Positions 14,900 through 38,148 of a DNA stretch of 64,000 nt are shown here, in pieces. The stretch is from the human T2T-CHM13v2.0 reference genome, Homo sapiens: NCBI RefSeq assembly GCF_009914755.1, contig NC_060938.1; one strand, given 5' to 3'. The position numbers and the translations under genes were made by a program. How positions within the stretch are numbered: the stretch's first letter is position 1; each line of letters starts with the position of its first letter. The notes beneath the pieces were generated by a model. It made no database searches. It saw only the letters and a program-made list of their open reading frames with translations, and was not told the origin of the DNA.

Positions 14900-15830
14900 G
14901 TGTTCATTCATTTCCTCATTAAGCAAGTATATCTTAGGTACTTAATATGTGCTAGGAGATGTGGGGTGTATACAGATGTATAAGATAAAGCCTTTAATCC
15001 TGTGGGAGAGATTAGACATGAATACAAACAGTAATACAAAAGAGAGTGGGTTAAGTGTCATTTGAAATAAAGTCCTCATTAGGAACCTGACTGTGATGTC
15101 TTAAGGAGAAGGTGGTACTTACATAGAGAGAAAGATACAAGAGAAGAGGATTTGCCAAAGCATAGAGACAGGAAGTTCAAGGTAGGATTGTAGAATGGCC
15201 AAAACATCAGTTGAGCCGTATTCTAAATTTGCATTACAAGTAATAGGATATAGGGGTTGGAAGCATTTGAGGTGGGGAGATGAGGAGAGGTCAAGAGGTC
15301 ACCACACCTGCTCTGTGCATGAGCATAGAGAAGAGAGAAGATGGCAGCGCTAGAGAAGAAAGCATGGATGGAAAAAAAGGCATGGAGGGAGGAATGTTTG
15401 GCTGGACCAAGGGTGGAAGGTAAAGAGGACTTTTGGAGAAGAAGGAAAAAGTGACTGAGGTTTGAAGCCGAGTGAAAGGCAGTTTGGCTAGAGAAACAGG
15501 AAGCTCTGGTGGTTGGGGAAGGTATGGCTAATTGGTTTTGGATATAGCTTAGTGAATCTGAGGTGTCAGAGGGACAGATCAGAGTAGATTTTCAGCAGTG
15601 GGTTGGGCATGTGGAATTGGAACCTGAAAAGCCATGTGGACTGGAGACATAGCTTTGGGCAGTATTAGCTGGCAGGTGAGCTTTGAAGGTGTGGCAGCAG
15701 AAGAGATTCCTGGGCAGAAAGTGTGGAGGGGGCGGTTGAGGTCAGAACCTTAGGAAATCAGGACAGGGAGGAGTCAAAGCCACAATCTGAGGAAAGATCA
15801 GAGAATAAAGGGGAGAAAATGTGATCATGA
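14900..15830 (-). mobile_element. L2 fragments
   Basis: tgttcattcatttcctcattaagcaagtatatcttaggtacttaatatgtgctagg; ggactggagacatagctttgggcagtattagc. Confidence 0.6.
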
Positions 15831-16080
15831 CAAAAGCTAAGGCATGATCCAGCAAATCTTTCATGTGGATGAACCGGTTGTCAGAGAAACAGTTACCTTG
15901 TGGCAAACGGAAAACACATCTTTATCCTTCCACAACTCACAGGAGGAGATCCTTAGGCTGAGTAGAGATGTGCTGTGCTACCAGTTAAGCAAGATTTGGA
16001 ATGCGCTTTGGTTTGGAAGTGCATTTGCCAAATGAGTTAGAGTAAATATATTCCTGTCTCACAAAGGGGGCAGTTGTTGA

Positions 16081-16254
16081 CTTACTCTGTAGGCATGAAG
16101 GTTGCAATGGTCACAGGGGCCCTGCTTTAATGAAATTTACCTTCAGGAACGTGGACCAAAAAGAACAAAGCCAAATGCAGAGTTTTAGAGGACATTTATT
16201 CTTAGAGGATGAATGGAGAGCAAGAGCAAGACAGGTAACAGACAGAATACTATG
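16081..16254 (+). repeat. Local duplication, copy 2 (~174 bp)
   Basis: Direct-orientation copy of 13354-13523. Confidence 0.95.
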
Positions 16255-16639
16255 ATTGGCAGGGTCTGGATGGCTTTGGGGCTTCCTTCTGGACCCTTTT
16301 CAGGAGTCCTTCTCTACCTGGTGGACTGGGACTTCGAGGTAAGGGAACCAAGAAAGCCCTAGATTCAAAAAAGGAGGTTCACATAGAGGCAGATTGGAGG
16401 GGTGGGTTATTTAAGGAAAAGGATGATTTTGTGGTAGGGAAATTACAAAACCACATCTAGAAGACCCTTCTCTCTGTGTTTTACTAGGAAAAGGGAAAGA
16501 ATTGGAAATGAAAATTAAAAGGGGAACTAAGATATGAAAACAGTGAGGTTTTCAGATATTCAAGCTAGTAAATGCCATTCCCTCATCCAGAAACTTGCGT
16601 GTTACATTATATGTGAATTGCCTGCTTTTAAAAAGAACT

Positions 16640-17445
16640 GAAAGTCACTTACTTCTAATTTAAAAAATAATGCATGCTGGACTTTGAAAGTATGAAAACA
16701 CAAAAAATAGTGCAAAGAAAAAAATCAGGTTACCACTAATTCCTAATCCAGAAATAAACTTAGCCTGAAAAATTCTACCTTGGAATTAGACAGTTAGGCT
16801 ATTTCTAATCTTTTACTACTTTAAGCAATATTATAATGAACATCCTTGTACATTCATTTTTTAATACTTGTCTGAATATTATCTTACTATGAATTCCTTT
16901 AAATGGAATTGTGGGGTGAGAGGAGAAGCACACTTTTTAAAACTTTCAATAAATATTGCCAAATTACTCACAAATGATTATACAAATTTGGTACTCCAGC
17001 AGCAATGCAACAGTGTCTATTTCCCCTACTTCTCATCAAATCTTTTATATTACTTTGTATTTCACTACGTGCATAGCTGGTTGAATTTTTTCCCAAATGT
17101 TAACCTCTGGTATTTCTTCTCTTGTGAATTGCTTGTTCTGTCTTTTGCCCATTTTTTTGGAATATTCATCTTTTTTCATATATTTTAAGTTACTTGCATG
17201 GATAATGATATAATTTCTTTATTTGCATATACATTTCAAATGTCTTAATCACAATTTTCTACCTTCTGGTGTTTGACTTAATTTTATAGTTTTTATAATG
17301 TACAGAAACATTAAATTTTTTCACTGAATATAGTCAAATATGTTAACCTTTTATGGTTTCTGCTATGCATGTTATGCTTAGAAAAACTTTCCCACAACAA
17401 AACTGAGAAATAATCACTTATATTTTCCTATAGTTTTTTGGCAGT
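16640..17445 (-). mobile_element. Ancient L1ME relic (continues at ~23945-24040 beyond the L1PB insertion)
   Basis: ataatgaacatccttgtacat; tatttcttctcttgtgaattgcttgttctgtcttttgcccatttt; collinear L1M sequence resumes after 23945. Confidence 0.65.
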
Positions 17446-17475
17446 CACATATATGTATGTATGTATTTAAAAAAA

Positions 17476-23937
<6,462 letters not shown>

Positions 23938-24686
23938 TTATCTCTGTATTTATATTTTATATGTAACATTTTAATCCGTGTGGATTTTACTTTTGTATTT
24001 TGTATTTTTGTATGTGAATAATTAATCAATTATCCTAACACAACATTTCACAAACTTTGTTTCAAGAACTTTTTGTTCAGGGAGATGCAGATTGGTGCTG
24101 TGAAAAATGGATCCTAAGATCAAGTAATTTTGAATAGACTTGCATACTATGAGGCCTCTTTTAGGAATTAATGATAACCACTAATGGTCTAATAAGGAAT
24201 AAGGAACTGCAATTACCTTTGACTTAGGGCTTTACAAATGTATTTAAGCATGAAACACTCTTTGTGACACAACTAGTAAATGCAAATATTTATTGCATGC
24301 CTGCTAAATAGGGATTTAAAGTTAAGATATAGTAGTCCTTATCCTCAAAAGCTGACAACCAAAAGGGAATTATAGTCTAATAAGGACCATTTTAGAGGCA
24401 GAATATGATACTTCCCAAAAGAGTGAACAAAATCTTTAGGGCTTGTCAATTAAATGTATCTAAGGGTGAGGAAAAGGGAAAAGTCAGACAAGAGTCTCAG
24501 TGATTTGTAGACAGAACCATGTTGCGTCTGAATGTGTTCAGCTTGCACTGAAAGCACAACACTTGAATGGAGGCAATGAAAAATCTAGAACAAAATTCAG
24601 GTGAGAAGAGCAGAGATATAGATTTGGAAGAAAACTGCATAGAGGAGATAGATAAAGGCCTCAAAATAAATGAATACTATGAGACA

Positions 24687-25098
24687 TGTCCTAGCACAGG
24701 CTGCTATAACAAGATACCATAGATTGGGTGGCTTAAATAACAAATAAAATAACAAATTCATTTTTCACAGTTTTGGAGGCTGGGAAGTCCAAGATCAAAG
24801 TACACCAGATTCTGTTCTTGGTAAGAGCCTCCTTCTTGTCCTACAATTTCACTGTGTGCTCATATGACCTCTTTTTTGTGTGTGCTCATGTGGAGGGAGA
24901 GAGAGCTCTGACGTCTCCTCCTCTTCTTATAAGAGGAATAATCTCATCATGGGGGATCCACCCTCATGACCTCACCTAAACCTAATTAACGCCCAAAGAC
25001 CCCACCCCCATATACTATTACATTGGAGATTAGGACTTCAACATATGAATTCTGAGGGAGGAGAGGAGAGGGAGGAAACAAACATTCAGTCCATAACA
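24687..25098 (-). mobile_element. MaLR solo LTR (MLT1A-type)
   Basis: ggctgctataacaagataccatagattgggtggcttaaa...ggaggctgggaagtccaagatcaa...aacattcagtccataaca; near-TSD agaca/agaga. Confidence 0.85.
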
Positions 25099-26338
25099 AG
25101 AGAGATGAGCCGAGAGCCACAACTTGAGCCCCAGGATGTGGCCACATTTAGGAAGATGCAAGAAGGCGAGTTAGGGAAAGGAAAAATATGGCAGCCTCAG
25201 AGAGGAAGGAGGAGAGTCTTAAATAGATTTAGAAGTCCTTGGGATATGTTTGTTTTACAGGATCATTCTGAGATATTTTATTAAAAATTAATTGGCAATT
25301 TCCTGGATAAAAAGCTTAGGACAGAGGGTCAAGTGACTTGGTCAGGGGACCATCATGAATCAGCAACTAAACATCAGTTCACCACATATTAAATGCAACT
25401 GGAAAAGCAGAGCTGAGAAAGGAGAGAAAACTGAAATTCTACCAATTAAGCAACAAGGATGACATCATTTCAAAATGCAAAGAGTTCAAAATACATGGCT
25501 GTAATTTTGAAATCATCATGACTATATACTAAATTGGCCTTTCTGCTTTGGTGTAGCTCCAGGGCCCAGCTCCTAACCACTGTGCTAGAGACCTCCTTCT
25601 GCTTTGGGAAGGCAGCAGAAAACAGACTAGTTGCAGGAAGAAGGGTAGTGCTGGGTATTGCATGAACTGGGGCTATCTGAGGTTAATGGTCAACTTTCTA
25701 GTTCTGAAGTGGGGTGAGTGGGCAGGAGAGTTTACTAATAATGAGTAAGACCACAAGAACCTTCTGAAAGAGTTGGCTGAGTCACAGACTCTTAGGGTTT
25801 GTGAGAAATGTTTGATAAACTATAGGTGGAAGATCCCAAGTTCTGATGTTGGGGATCAGGTATTCAGCTGGATCACAAATCTCTTCTTCTGCTTACAGTT
25901 TTTCTTATGGCTTCCATAAGGGCACCTTCTCTGGTTTGTCTCCTTTCTCTTTGATTGCTTGTTCTTTGATTCTTCATTCTCCTCTCACTCCTTAAATTCC
26001 ATGTTTATAGACATGGCTCCCTAATTCCAAGTCTTTTATGTATAAAATCAGTTTCTTAAACTATTTTGGAAGATGTTTTCATGTTATCCCATTTCCATTC
26101 GTATTTCTTCTTTCGCCATAAACAAAACCAACCTCCCTAGCCCTCCACTCCCAGTTATCACCACCTGTAGAAGTGTTTCCAGAGGTAGTGGGGGCTCAGA
26201 GCAGTGCCAGTGTGTAGAGGTCTTGCTGGCACTGGCAGAGACTAGGTAGAGGTAACATTCAGTTAAGCTACCATGTTCACTCTCAGCCTCTTCTATTCAG
26301 ACACTGGATTATTATTAGTGCCTCTAAAGATGGTTCAC

Positions 26339-26778
26339 TGCTACAGTTTGCTTGTTTGTTCCCTCAAACCCCATGTTTAAATTTTATTCCCAATGTTGGA
26401 GGTAGGGCCTAATGGGAGGTGTTTGGGCCATGGGGGCGGATCTCTCATAAACAGATTAATCCCCACCCTGGGTATGGGGGGAGGGGGAATGAATGAGTTT
26501 CTCCTTTATTAGTTTCTGTGAAAATTGATTGTTAAAAGGAGCCTGGCACTTCCTTCTCTATCTCTTGCTTGCACTCTCACCATGTGATCTCTGCATATGC
26601 CAGCTCCACTTCACCTTCTGCCATGAGTGGAAGCTGCCTGAAGCCCTCACCAGAAGAAGCAGATTCTGGCACCAGCTTCTTGTACAGCCTGCAGAACCAT
26701 GAAACACATAAACCTCTTTTCTTTATAAATTACCCAGCCTCAGGTATTCCTTTATAGTAACATAAATGGACTAAGATA
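26339..26778 (+). mobile_element. MaLR solo LTR (MSTB-type)
   Basis: tgctacagtttg...gggcctaatgggaggtgtttggg...cttgtacagcctgcagaacc...tttataaattacccagcctcaggtattcctttatag...ggactaagata. Confidence 0.88.
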
Positions 26779-26844
26779 GTCCACCATGTGTCACTGGTTT
26801 AAATTTTGAGATAGATCCTCAACACTGATAAAGGGATCACTAAC

Positions 26845-26949
26845 ATTATTGTTAACACACACTGATTGCTTACTATGTGCTAATCATTGTTCTAAGTACT
26901 TTACATTAATTCACTGATTTAATCATTATTAACTCTTTAAAGATGAGAA
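26845..26949 (-). mobile_element. MIR, left half (right half at 35457-35535), split by the composite L1
   Basis: gcttactatgtgctaatcattgttctaagtactttaca...agatgagaa | aactaaggcacaaagaggttaaataacttaccc. Confidence 0.8.
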
Positions 26950-29406
26950 GGGTGGCTGGTAAGACGGCCGAATAGGAACAGCTCCGGTCTGCAGCTCCCA
27001 ATGAGATCAATGCAGAAGGTGGGTGACTTCCGCATTTCCAACTAGGGTATCTGGCTCATCTCACTGGGATTGGTTAGACAGTGGGTGCAGCCCATGGAGG
27101 GTGAGCAGAAGCAGGATGGGGCATCACCTCACCAGGAAATGCAAGGAGTCGGGGAACTCCCTCCCCTACCCAAGGGAAGCCATGAGGGACTGTGCCATGA
27201 GGAACAGTGCACTCCAGCCCAGATACTATGCTTTTCCCACAGTCTTTGCAACCCACAGACCAAGAGATTCCCTTGGCTGCCTACACCACCAGGGCCCTGG
27301 GTTTCAAGCACAAAACTGAGTGGCCATTTGGGCAGACACTGAGCTAGCTGGAGGAGGTTTTTTTTTTTTTTGGTTTTTTTTCATATCCCAGTGACACCTG
27401 GAATGACAGCAAGACAGAACCATTCATTCCCCTGGAAAGGGGACTGAAGCCGGGAAGTCAAGTGGTCTAGCTCAGTGGATCCCACCCCCATGGAGCCCAG
27501 CAAGCTAAGATCCACTAATTTGAAATTCTCGCTCCCAGAACAGCAGTCTGAAGTCAATCTGGGACACTCCAGCTTGGTGGAGGGAGGGGCTCTGCCATTA
27601 CTGAAGCTTGAGTAGGTGGTTTTCCCCTCACCATATAAACAAAGCCTCTGGGAAGTTTGAACTGGGCGGAGCCCACCACAGTGCCACAAAGACACTGTAG
27701 CCAGATTGCCTCTCTAGATCCTCCTCTCTGGGCAGGGCATCTCTGAAAGAAAGGCAGCAGCCCCAGTCAGGGGCTTATAGAGAAAACTCCCATATCCCTG
27801 GGACAGAGCACCTGGGGGAAGGGGTGGCTGTGGGCACAGCTTCAGCTGACTTAAATGTTCTGCCTGCCGGCTCTGAAGAGAGCAGTGGATCTCTCAGCAC
27901 AGTGCTTAAGCTCTGCTAAGGGACAGACTGCCTCCTCAAGTGGGTCCCTGACCCACATGCCTCCTGGCTGGGAGACACCTCCCAGCAGGGGTTGACAGAC
28001 ACCTCATACAGAAGAGCTTCGACTGGCATCCAGTGGGTGCCCCTCTGGGATGAAGCTTCCAGAGAAAGGAACAGGCAGCAATCTTTGCTGTTCTACAGCC
28101 TCTGCTAGTGATACCCAAGCAAACAGGGTCTGGAGTGGACCTCCAGCAAACTCCAGCAGACCTGCAGCAGAGAGGCCTGATTGTTAGAAGGAAAACTAAC
28201 AAACAGAAAGGGTAGCATCAATACAACTAAAAGGATATCCACACAGAAACCCCATCTGAAGGTCACCAACATCAAAGACCAAAGGTAGATTAATCCACAA
28301 AGATGAGGAAAAACCAGCACAAAAAGGCTGAAAATTCCAAAAACCAGAATCCCTCTTCTCCTCCAAAGGATCACAACCCCTCGCTAGCAAGGGAACAAAA
28401 TGGATGGAGAATGACTTTGATGAATTGACAGTAGGCTTCAGAAGGTGGGTAATAACAAACCCCTCCGAGCTAAAGGGGCATGTTCTAATCCAATGCAAGG
28501 ACGCTAAGAACCTTGATAAAAGGTTAGAGGAATTGCTAGCTAGAATAGCCAGTTTAGAGAAGAACATAAATGACCTGATGGAGCTGAAAAACACAGCACA
28601 AGAACTTCGTGAAGCATACACAAGTATCAACAGTTGAATCGATCAAGCAGAAGAAAGGATATCAGAGATTGAAGATCAACTTAATGAAATAAAGCATGAA
28701 GACAAGATTAGAGAAAAAAAGAATAAAAAGAATGAACAAAGCCTCTAAGAAATATGAGACTATGTGAAAAGACCAAACCTATGTTTGACTGGTGTACCTG
28801 AAACTGACAGGGAGAATGGAACAAAGTTGGAAAACACTCTTCAGCATATTATCCAGGAGAACTTCCCCAACCTAGCAAGGCAGGCCAACATTCAAATTCA
28901 GGAAACATGGAGAACACCACAAAGTTACTGCTCGAGAATAGCAACCCCAAGACACATAACTGTCAGATTCACCAAGGTAGAAATGAAGGGAAAAAATGTT
29001 AAGGGCAGCCAGAGAGAAAGGGCAGGTTACCCACAAAGGGAAGCCCATCAGACTAACAGCATATCTCTCTGCAGAAACCCTACAAGCCAGAAGACAGTGG
29101 GGGCCAATATTCAATATTCTTAAAGAAAAGAATTTTCAACCCAGAATTTCATATCCAGCCAAACTAAGCTTCACAAGCAAAGGAGAAATAAAAGCCTTTA
29201 CAGACAAGCAAATTCTGAGAGATTTTGTCACCACCAGGCCTGCGTTACGAGAACTCCTGAAGGAAGCACTAAATGTGGAAAGGAAAAACTGGTACCAGCC
29301 ACTGCAAAAACATACCAAATTGTAAAGACCATCGACATTATGAAGAAACTGCATCAACTAGTGGGCAAAATAACCAGCTAGCAACATAATGACAAGATCA
29401 AATTCA
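26950..29406 (+). mobile_element. Outer L1 (L1PA7-like): long 5'UTR, ORF1, 63-nt spacer and first 18 nt of ORF2
   Basis: ggtggctggtaagacggccgaataggaacagctccggtctgcagc 5' end; ~1.35-kb 5'UTR; ORF1 begins MRKNQHKKAENSK; TSD aaagatgagaa at 26939-26949 and 35457-35467. Confidence 0.9.
28303..29325 (+). pseudogene. L1 ORF1p (outer element), disrupted by stops and frameshifts
   Basis: ORF fragments 28404-28637, 28764-29123 and 28996-29325 match the coiled-coil, RRM and CTD regions of ORF1p. Confidence 0.92.
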
Positions 29407-30319
29407 GGAGCCAAGATGGCCAAATAGGAACAGCTCCAGTCTACAGCTCCCAGTGTGAGCGACACAGAAGACGGGTGATTTCTGCATTTCCAACTGAGGT
29501 ACCAGGTTCATCTCACTGGGGAGTGCTGGACAGTGGGTGCAGGACAGTGGGTGCAGTGCACCATGCATGAGCCGAAGCAGGGTGAGGCATTGTGAGGCAT
29601 CGCCTCACCATGGCACACCAGGAGATTATATCCCGCACATGGCTCCAAGGGTCCTACACCCACGGAGCCTCGCTCATTGCTAGCACAGCAGTCTGAGATC
29701 AAACTGCAAGGTGGCAGTGAGGCTTGGGGAGGGGCACCCGCCATTGCCTAGGCTTGAGTAGGTAAACAAAGCGGCTGGGAAGCTCGAACTGGGTGGAGCC
29801 CACCACAGCTCAAGGAGGCCTGCCTGCCTCTGTAGACTCCACCTCTGGGGGCATGGCACAGACAAACAAAAGGCAGCAGTAACCTCTGCAGACTTAAATG
29901 TCCCTGTCTGACAGCTTTGAAGAGAGCAGTGGTTCTCCCAGCACACAGTTTGAGATCTGAGAACGGGCAGACTGCCTTCTCAAGAGGGTCCCTGACCCCC
30001 GAGTAGCCTAACTGGGAGGCAACCCCCAGTAGGGTCGGACTGACACCTCACACAGCCAGGTACTCCTCTGAGACAAAACTTCCAGAGGAACAATCAGGCA
30101 GCAGCATTTGTGGTTCACCAATACCCGCTGTTCTGCAGCTACCGCTGCTGATACCCAGGCAAACAGGGTCTGGAGTGGACCTCCAGCAAACTCCAACAGA
30201 CCTGCAGCTGAGGGTCCTGACTGTTAGAAGGAAAACTAACAAACACAAAGGACATCCACACCAAAAACCCATCTGTACGTCACCATCATCAAAGACCAAA
30301 GGTAAATAAAACCACAAAG

Positions 30320-31335
30320 ATGGGGAAAAAACAGAGCAGAAAAACCGGAAACTCTGAAAATCAGAGCGCCTCTCCTCCTCCAAAGGAACACAACTCCTCA
30401 CCAGCAATGGAACAAAGCTGGATGGAGAATGACTTTGACGGGTTGAGAGAAGAAGGCTTCAGAAGATCAAACTACTCTGAGCTAAAGGAGGAAGTTCAAA
30501 CCAATGGCAAAGAAGTTAAAAACCTTGAAAAAAAATTAGATGAATGGCTAACTAGAATAACCAATGCAGAGAAGTCCTTAAAGGACCTGATGGAGCTGAA
30601 AACCACGGCACAAGAACTACGTGACGAATGCACAAGCTTAGTAGCCAATGCGATCAACTGGAAGAAAGGGTATCAGCGATGGAAGATGAAATAAATGAAA
30701 TGAAGAGAGAAGAGAAGTTTAGAGAAAAAAGAATAAAAAGAAACGACCAAAGCCTCCAAGAAATATGGGACTATGTGAAAAGACCAAATCTATGTCTCAT
30801 TGGTGTACCTGAAAGTGATGGGGAGAATGGAACCAAGTTGGAAAACACTCTGCAGGATATTATCCAGGAGAACTTTCCCAACCTAGCAAGGCAGGCCAAC
30901 ATTCAAATTCAGGAAATACAGAGAACGCCACAAAGATACTCCTCGAGAAGAGCAACTCCAAGACACATAATTGTCAGATTCACCAAAGTTGAAATGAAGG
31001 AAAAAATGTTAAGGGCAGCCAGAGAGAAAGGGCAGGTTACCCACAAAGGGAAGCCCATCAGACTAACAGCATATCTCTCTGCAGAAACCCTACAAGCCAG
31101 AAGAGAGTGGGGGCCAATATTCAACATTCTTAAAGAAAAGAATTTTCAACCCAGAATTTCATATCCAGACAAACTAAACTTCATAAGTGAAGGAGAAATA
31201 AAATACTTTACAGACAAACAAATGCTGAGAGATTTTGTCACCACCAGGCCTGCCTTACGAGAACTCCTGAAGGAAGCACTAAACATGGAAAGTAACAACC
31301 GGTACCAGCCACTGCAAAAACATTCCAAATTGTAA
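30320..31335 (+). pseudogene. L1 ORF1p (inner element), one frameshift near 30640
   Basis: ORFs 30320-30694 and 30628-31335 together span ORF1p. Confidence 0.95.
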
Positions 31336-31398
31336 AGACCATCAAGGCTAGGAATTAACTGCATGAACTAATGAGCAAAATAACCAGCTAACATCATA

Positions 31399-35206
<3,808 letters not shown>

Positions 35207-35250
35207 ACAATGAGAACACATGGAAACAGGAAGGGGTACATCACACACTG

Positions 35251-35456
35251 GGGCCTGTAGGGGTGTGGGGGGACAAGGGGAGGGATAGCATTAGGAGAAA
35301 TACCTAATGTAGATGATGGGTTGATGGGTGCAGCAAATCATCATGGCACGTGTATAACTATGCAACAAACCTGCATGTTCTGCACATGTATCACAGAACT
35401 TAAAGCATAATAATTTAAAAATAATAATAAATAAAAAGTCTTTAAAATTAAAAAAA
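35251..35456 (+). mobile_element. L1 distal 3'UTR and A-rich tail of older (L1PA7-like) type
   Basis: ggagaaatacctaatgtagatgatgggttgatgggtgcagcaaatcatcatggcacgtgtata...ttctgcacatgtatc, versus L1PA4-type ggagatatacctaatgtaaatgacgagttaatgggtgcagcacacc (recalled consensus). Confidence 0.75.
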
Positions 35457-35655
35457 AAAGATGAGAAAACTAAGGCACAAAGAGGTTAAATAACTTACCC
35501 AACTAGTAAGTGTAGGAGCCAGGATTGTGCCCCAGCAGTGATATATTTTCCCCCTCCTAGTTCAATTCTATACATCCTGGGGATCATGCATAGCCCACCT
35601 AGGCAACTACAATAGAGATGGCAATAGCCTTGATTGATCTGCAATGTTCTGTAGT

Positions 35656-35782
35656 GAAGAAGAAGGAGAAAAGACGAAGAAGAAGATGAAGACGAAGATG
35701 AAGATGAAGAAGACAAAGAAGAAGTGAAGAAAAGAAGGAAGGAAGAAGGAAGAAAGAAGAACCACCACCACAACAACAACAA
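35656..35782. repeat. Imperfect (GAA/GAT/GAC)n purine-rich repeat followed by (ACC)(AAC)n
   Basis: Direct inspection. Confidence 0.9.
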
Positions 35783-36364
35783 TCTGAAGGAATAGGGGTG
35801 ATTCAAGAAGTAAGCTGACTAAAGAAATTACATATAATTCACAGTGCAAGTGCTGTGGTGAAAGGTGGGTAAGGTATGCTTTAAAGGCTAAAATTCTCTC
35901 TGCCTTTTATTTTTCATTATGGAACCTACAGTTATTTATAATGGTTGACTCCTTGACAGGAAGAAAATATTCCAAATTGCCGAACTGATTTTTTTTTACA
36001 CTGCCTATAACCCTCTCCAACAAAGCTGGAAACTCCCTTACTCAGGTCAAGGAGATGGTGTTTGGTTTTATTTTAAATTGTGGTAAAAGAGACATCACAC
36101 AAAATTTACCATTACATGCATTTTTATTTTACAGTTTGGTGGCATGACATATGTTCACATCATTGTTGCACTCACTCTTGTAGTCTGATTTTTAAGACAA
36201 GCCTGGATCACAACATAAGAGTCACAATTTGTCAAATAACAGCCACTCCCTTCCCCACAAGGAGTTAGATCCAAGCTGTCTAACTCCTGATATAGTACAA
36301 AAACAATTCTGGATGGAGAGAAGAGAAACACAGTGGTAAGAGGCAAATGGTTCGGACAGTATTA

Positions 36365-36727
<363 letters not shown>

Positions 36728-36899
36728 CTACCTCCCTAACCTGCCGTCCTTCTTGCTTCCTGCTAAACCCTCCTGGAATGCCCTTTCTCTCTCATTTCTC
36801 ACTCCACACCATCTCTAGCCCAGGAAAACTTGCTCTAATCTTCACTGCATTCATTCATGACCACCCACCACATTTGCAGGTATTTCACTTCTTATTGAA

Positions 36900-37100
36900 A
36901 TACATAATGTCAACATCGCACTGCTTTAGATTGTTATTTAGCCCTTTCATGTGCTTCTGACTTGTTCCTCAAAATCAGTGAAGGCTCCCCCAAGTCAGGG
37001 ACCACATCTTAGGTATGATTCTTCATTAGTCCCACTTCCCATCCACCACCATCCCTCATAAAGCTGACCACATAATAGGCATTCAATGAATACTTGTTGA
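36900..37100 (+). mobile_element. L2 3' end
   Basis: gtcagggaccacatctt...cacataataggcattcaatgaatacttgttga. Confidence 0.65.
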
Positions 37101-37786
37101 CTCAAATCCCATTATTGTGGAAAACCTTCTAAGTGACCTTTGCATGAGTAAGTTCTCAATCTTTAACTTTCTATTTTTATGTGGCATGCTATGGAGATCC
37201 ATTGTTTGAAATTGCTTCCAGAATTTCTGTTTACTAAGTATGGTTTGAGTTATTTAGTGCAGGCAAAAAAAAAAAAAAATGACTGTTAGCTGCCGGAAAA
37301 CATTTTTTATAACATTGTTATTGGCAACTCATGCTGACATGGAACTAGTTCTTTATTTTGGCTGAACTTTGAACACAGATTCACATTTTCTAAGTTTCTT
37401 TTGGAGTCAACTTTACTCCCATAATAATTTCCTAAGATTGCCAGCTAAATCTCTCGATATGAAGCAGAAATGGCCTGTATATAGAAGAATGATCTAGCTA
37501 AAAGTCCAAAGTCTGTGCTCATTTTACTGCCTTTAGTTAAAATGTTCTGCTAGCAGCAAGGCTGTAATTCCCAAATGTTCACCATATGCACAAGCCCAAG
37601 AAAATCAAACAATTTTCTGTTGTAATTGGGTAATAATATGGCCTACCTTCTGTCTTACCATTTGAGTTTGCAATGTGAGCAATAGCAAACACATACCGTT
37701 TCTCTCGAGGAAGAACAAAGATTTTCAGGTCAGTATTATTCAAGAATGCACAGCACACAACACCCCAAATTCTGTGATACCAATGA

Positions 37787-38148
<362 letters not shown>

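Noticed and set aside
27023-30407. Many short ORFs on both strands in the L1 5'UTRs, including a possible ORF0
   Set aside because: Typical L1 UTR and antisense frames; I could not confirm an intact ORF0 by eye.
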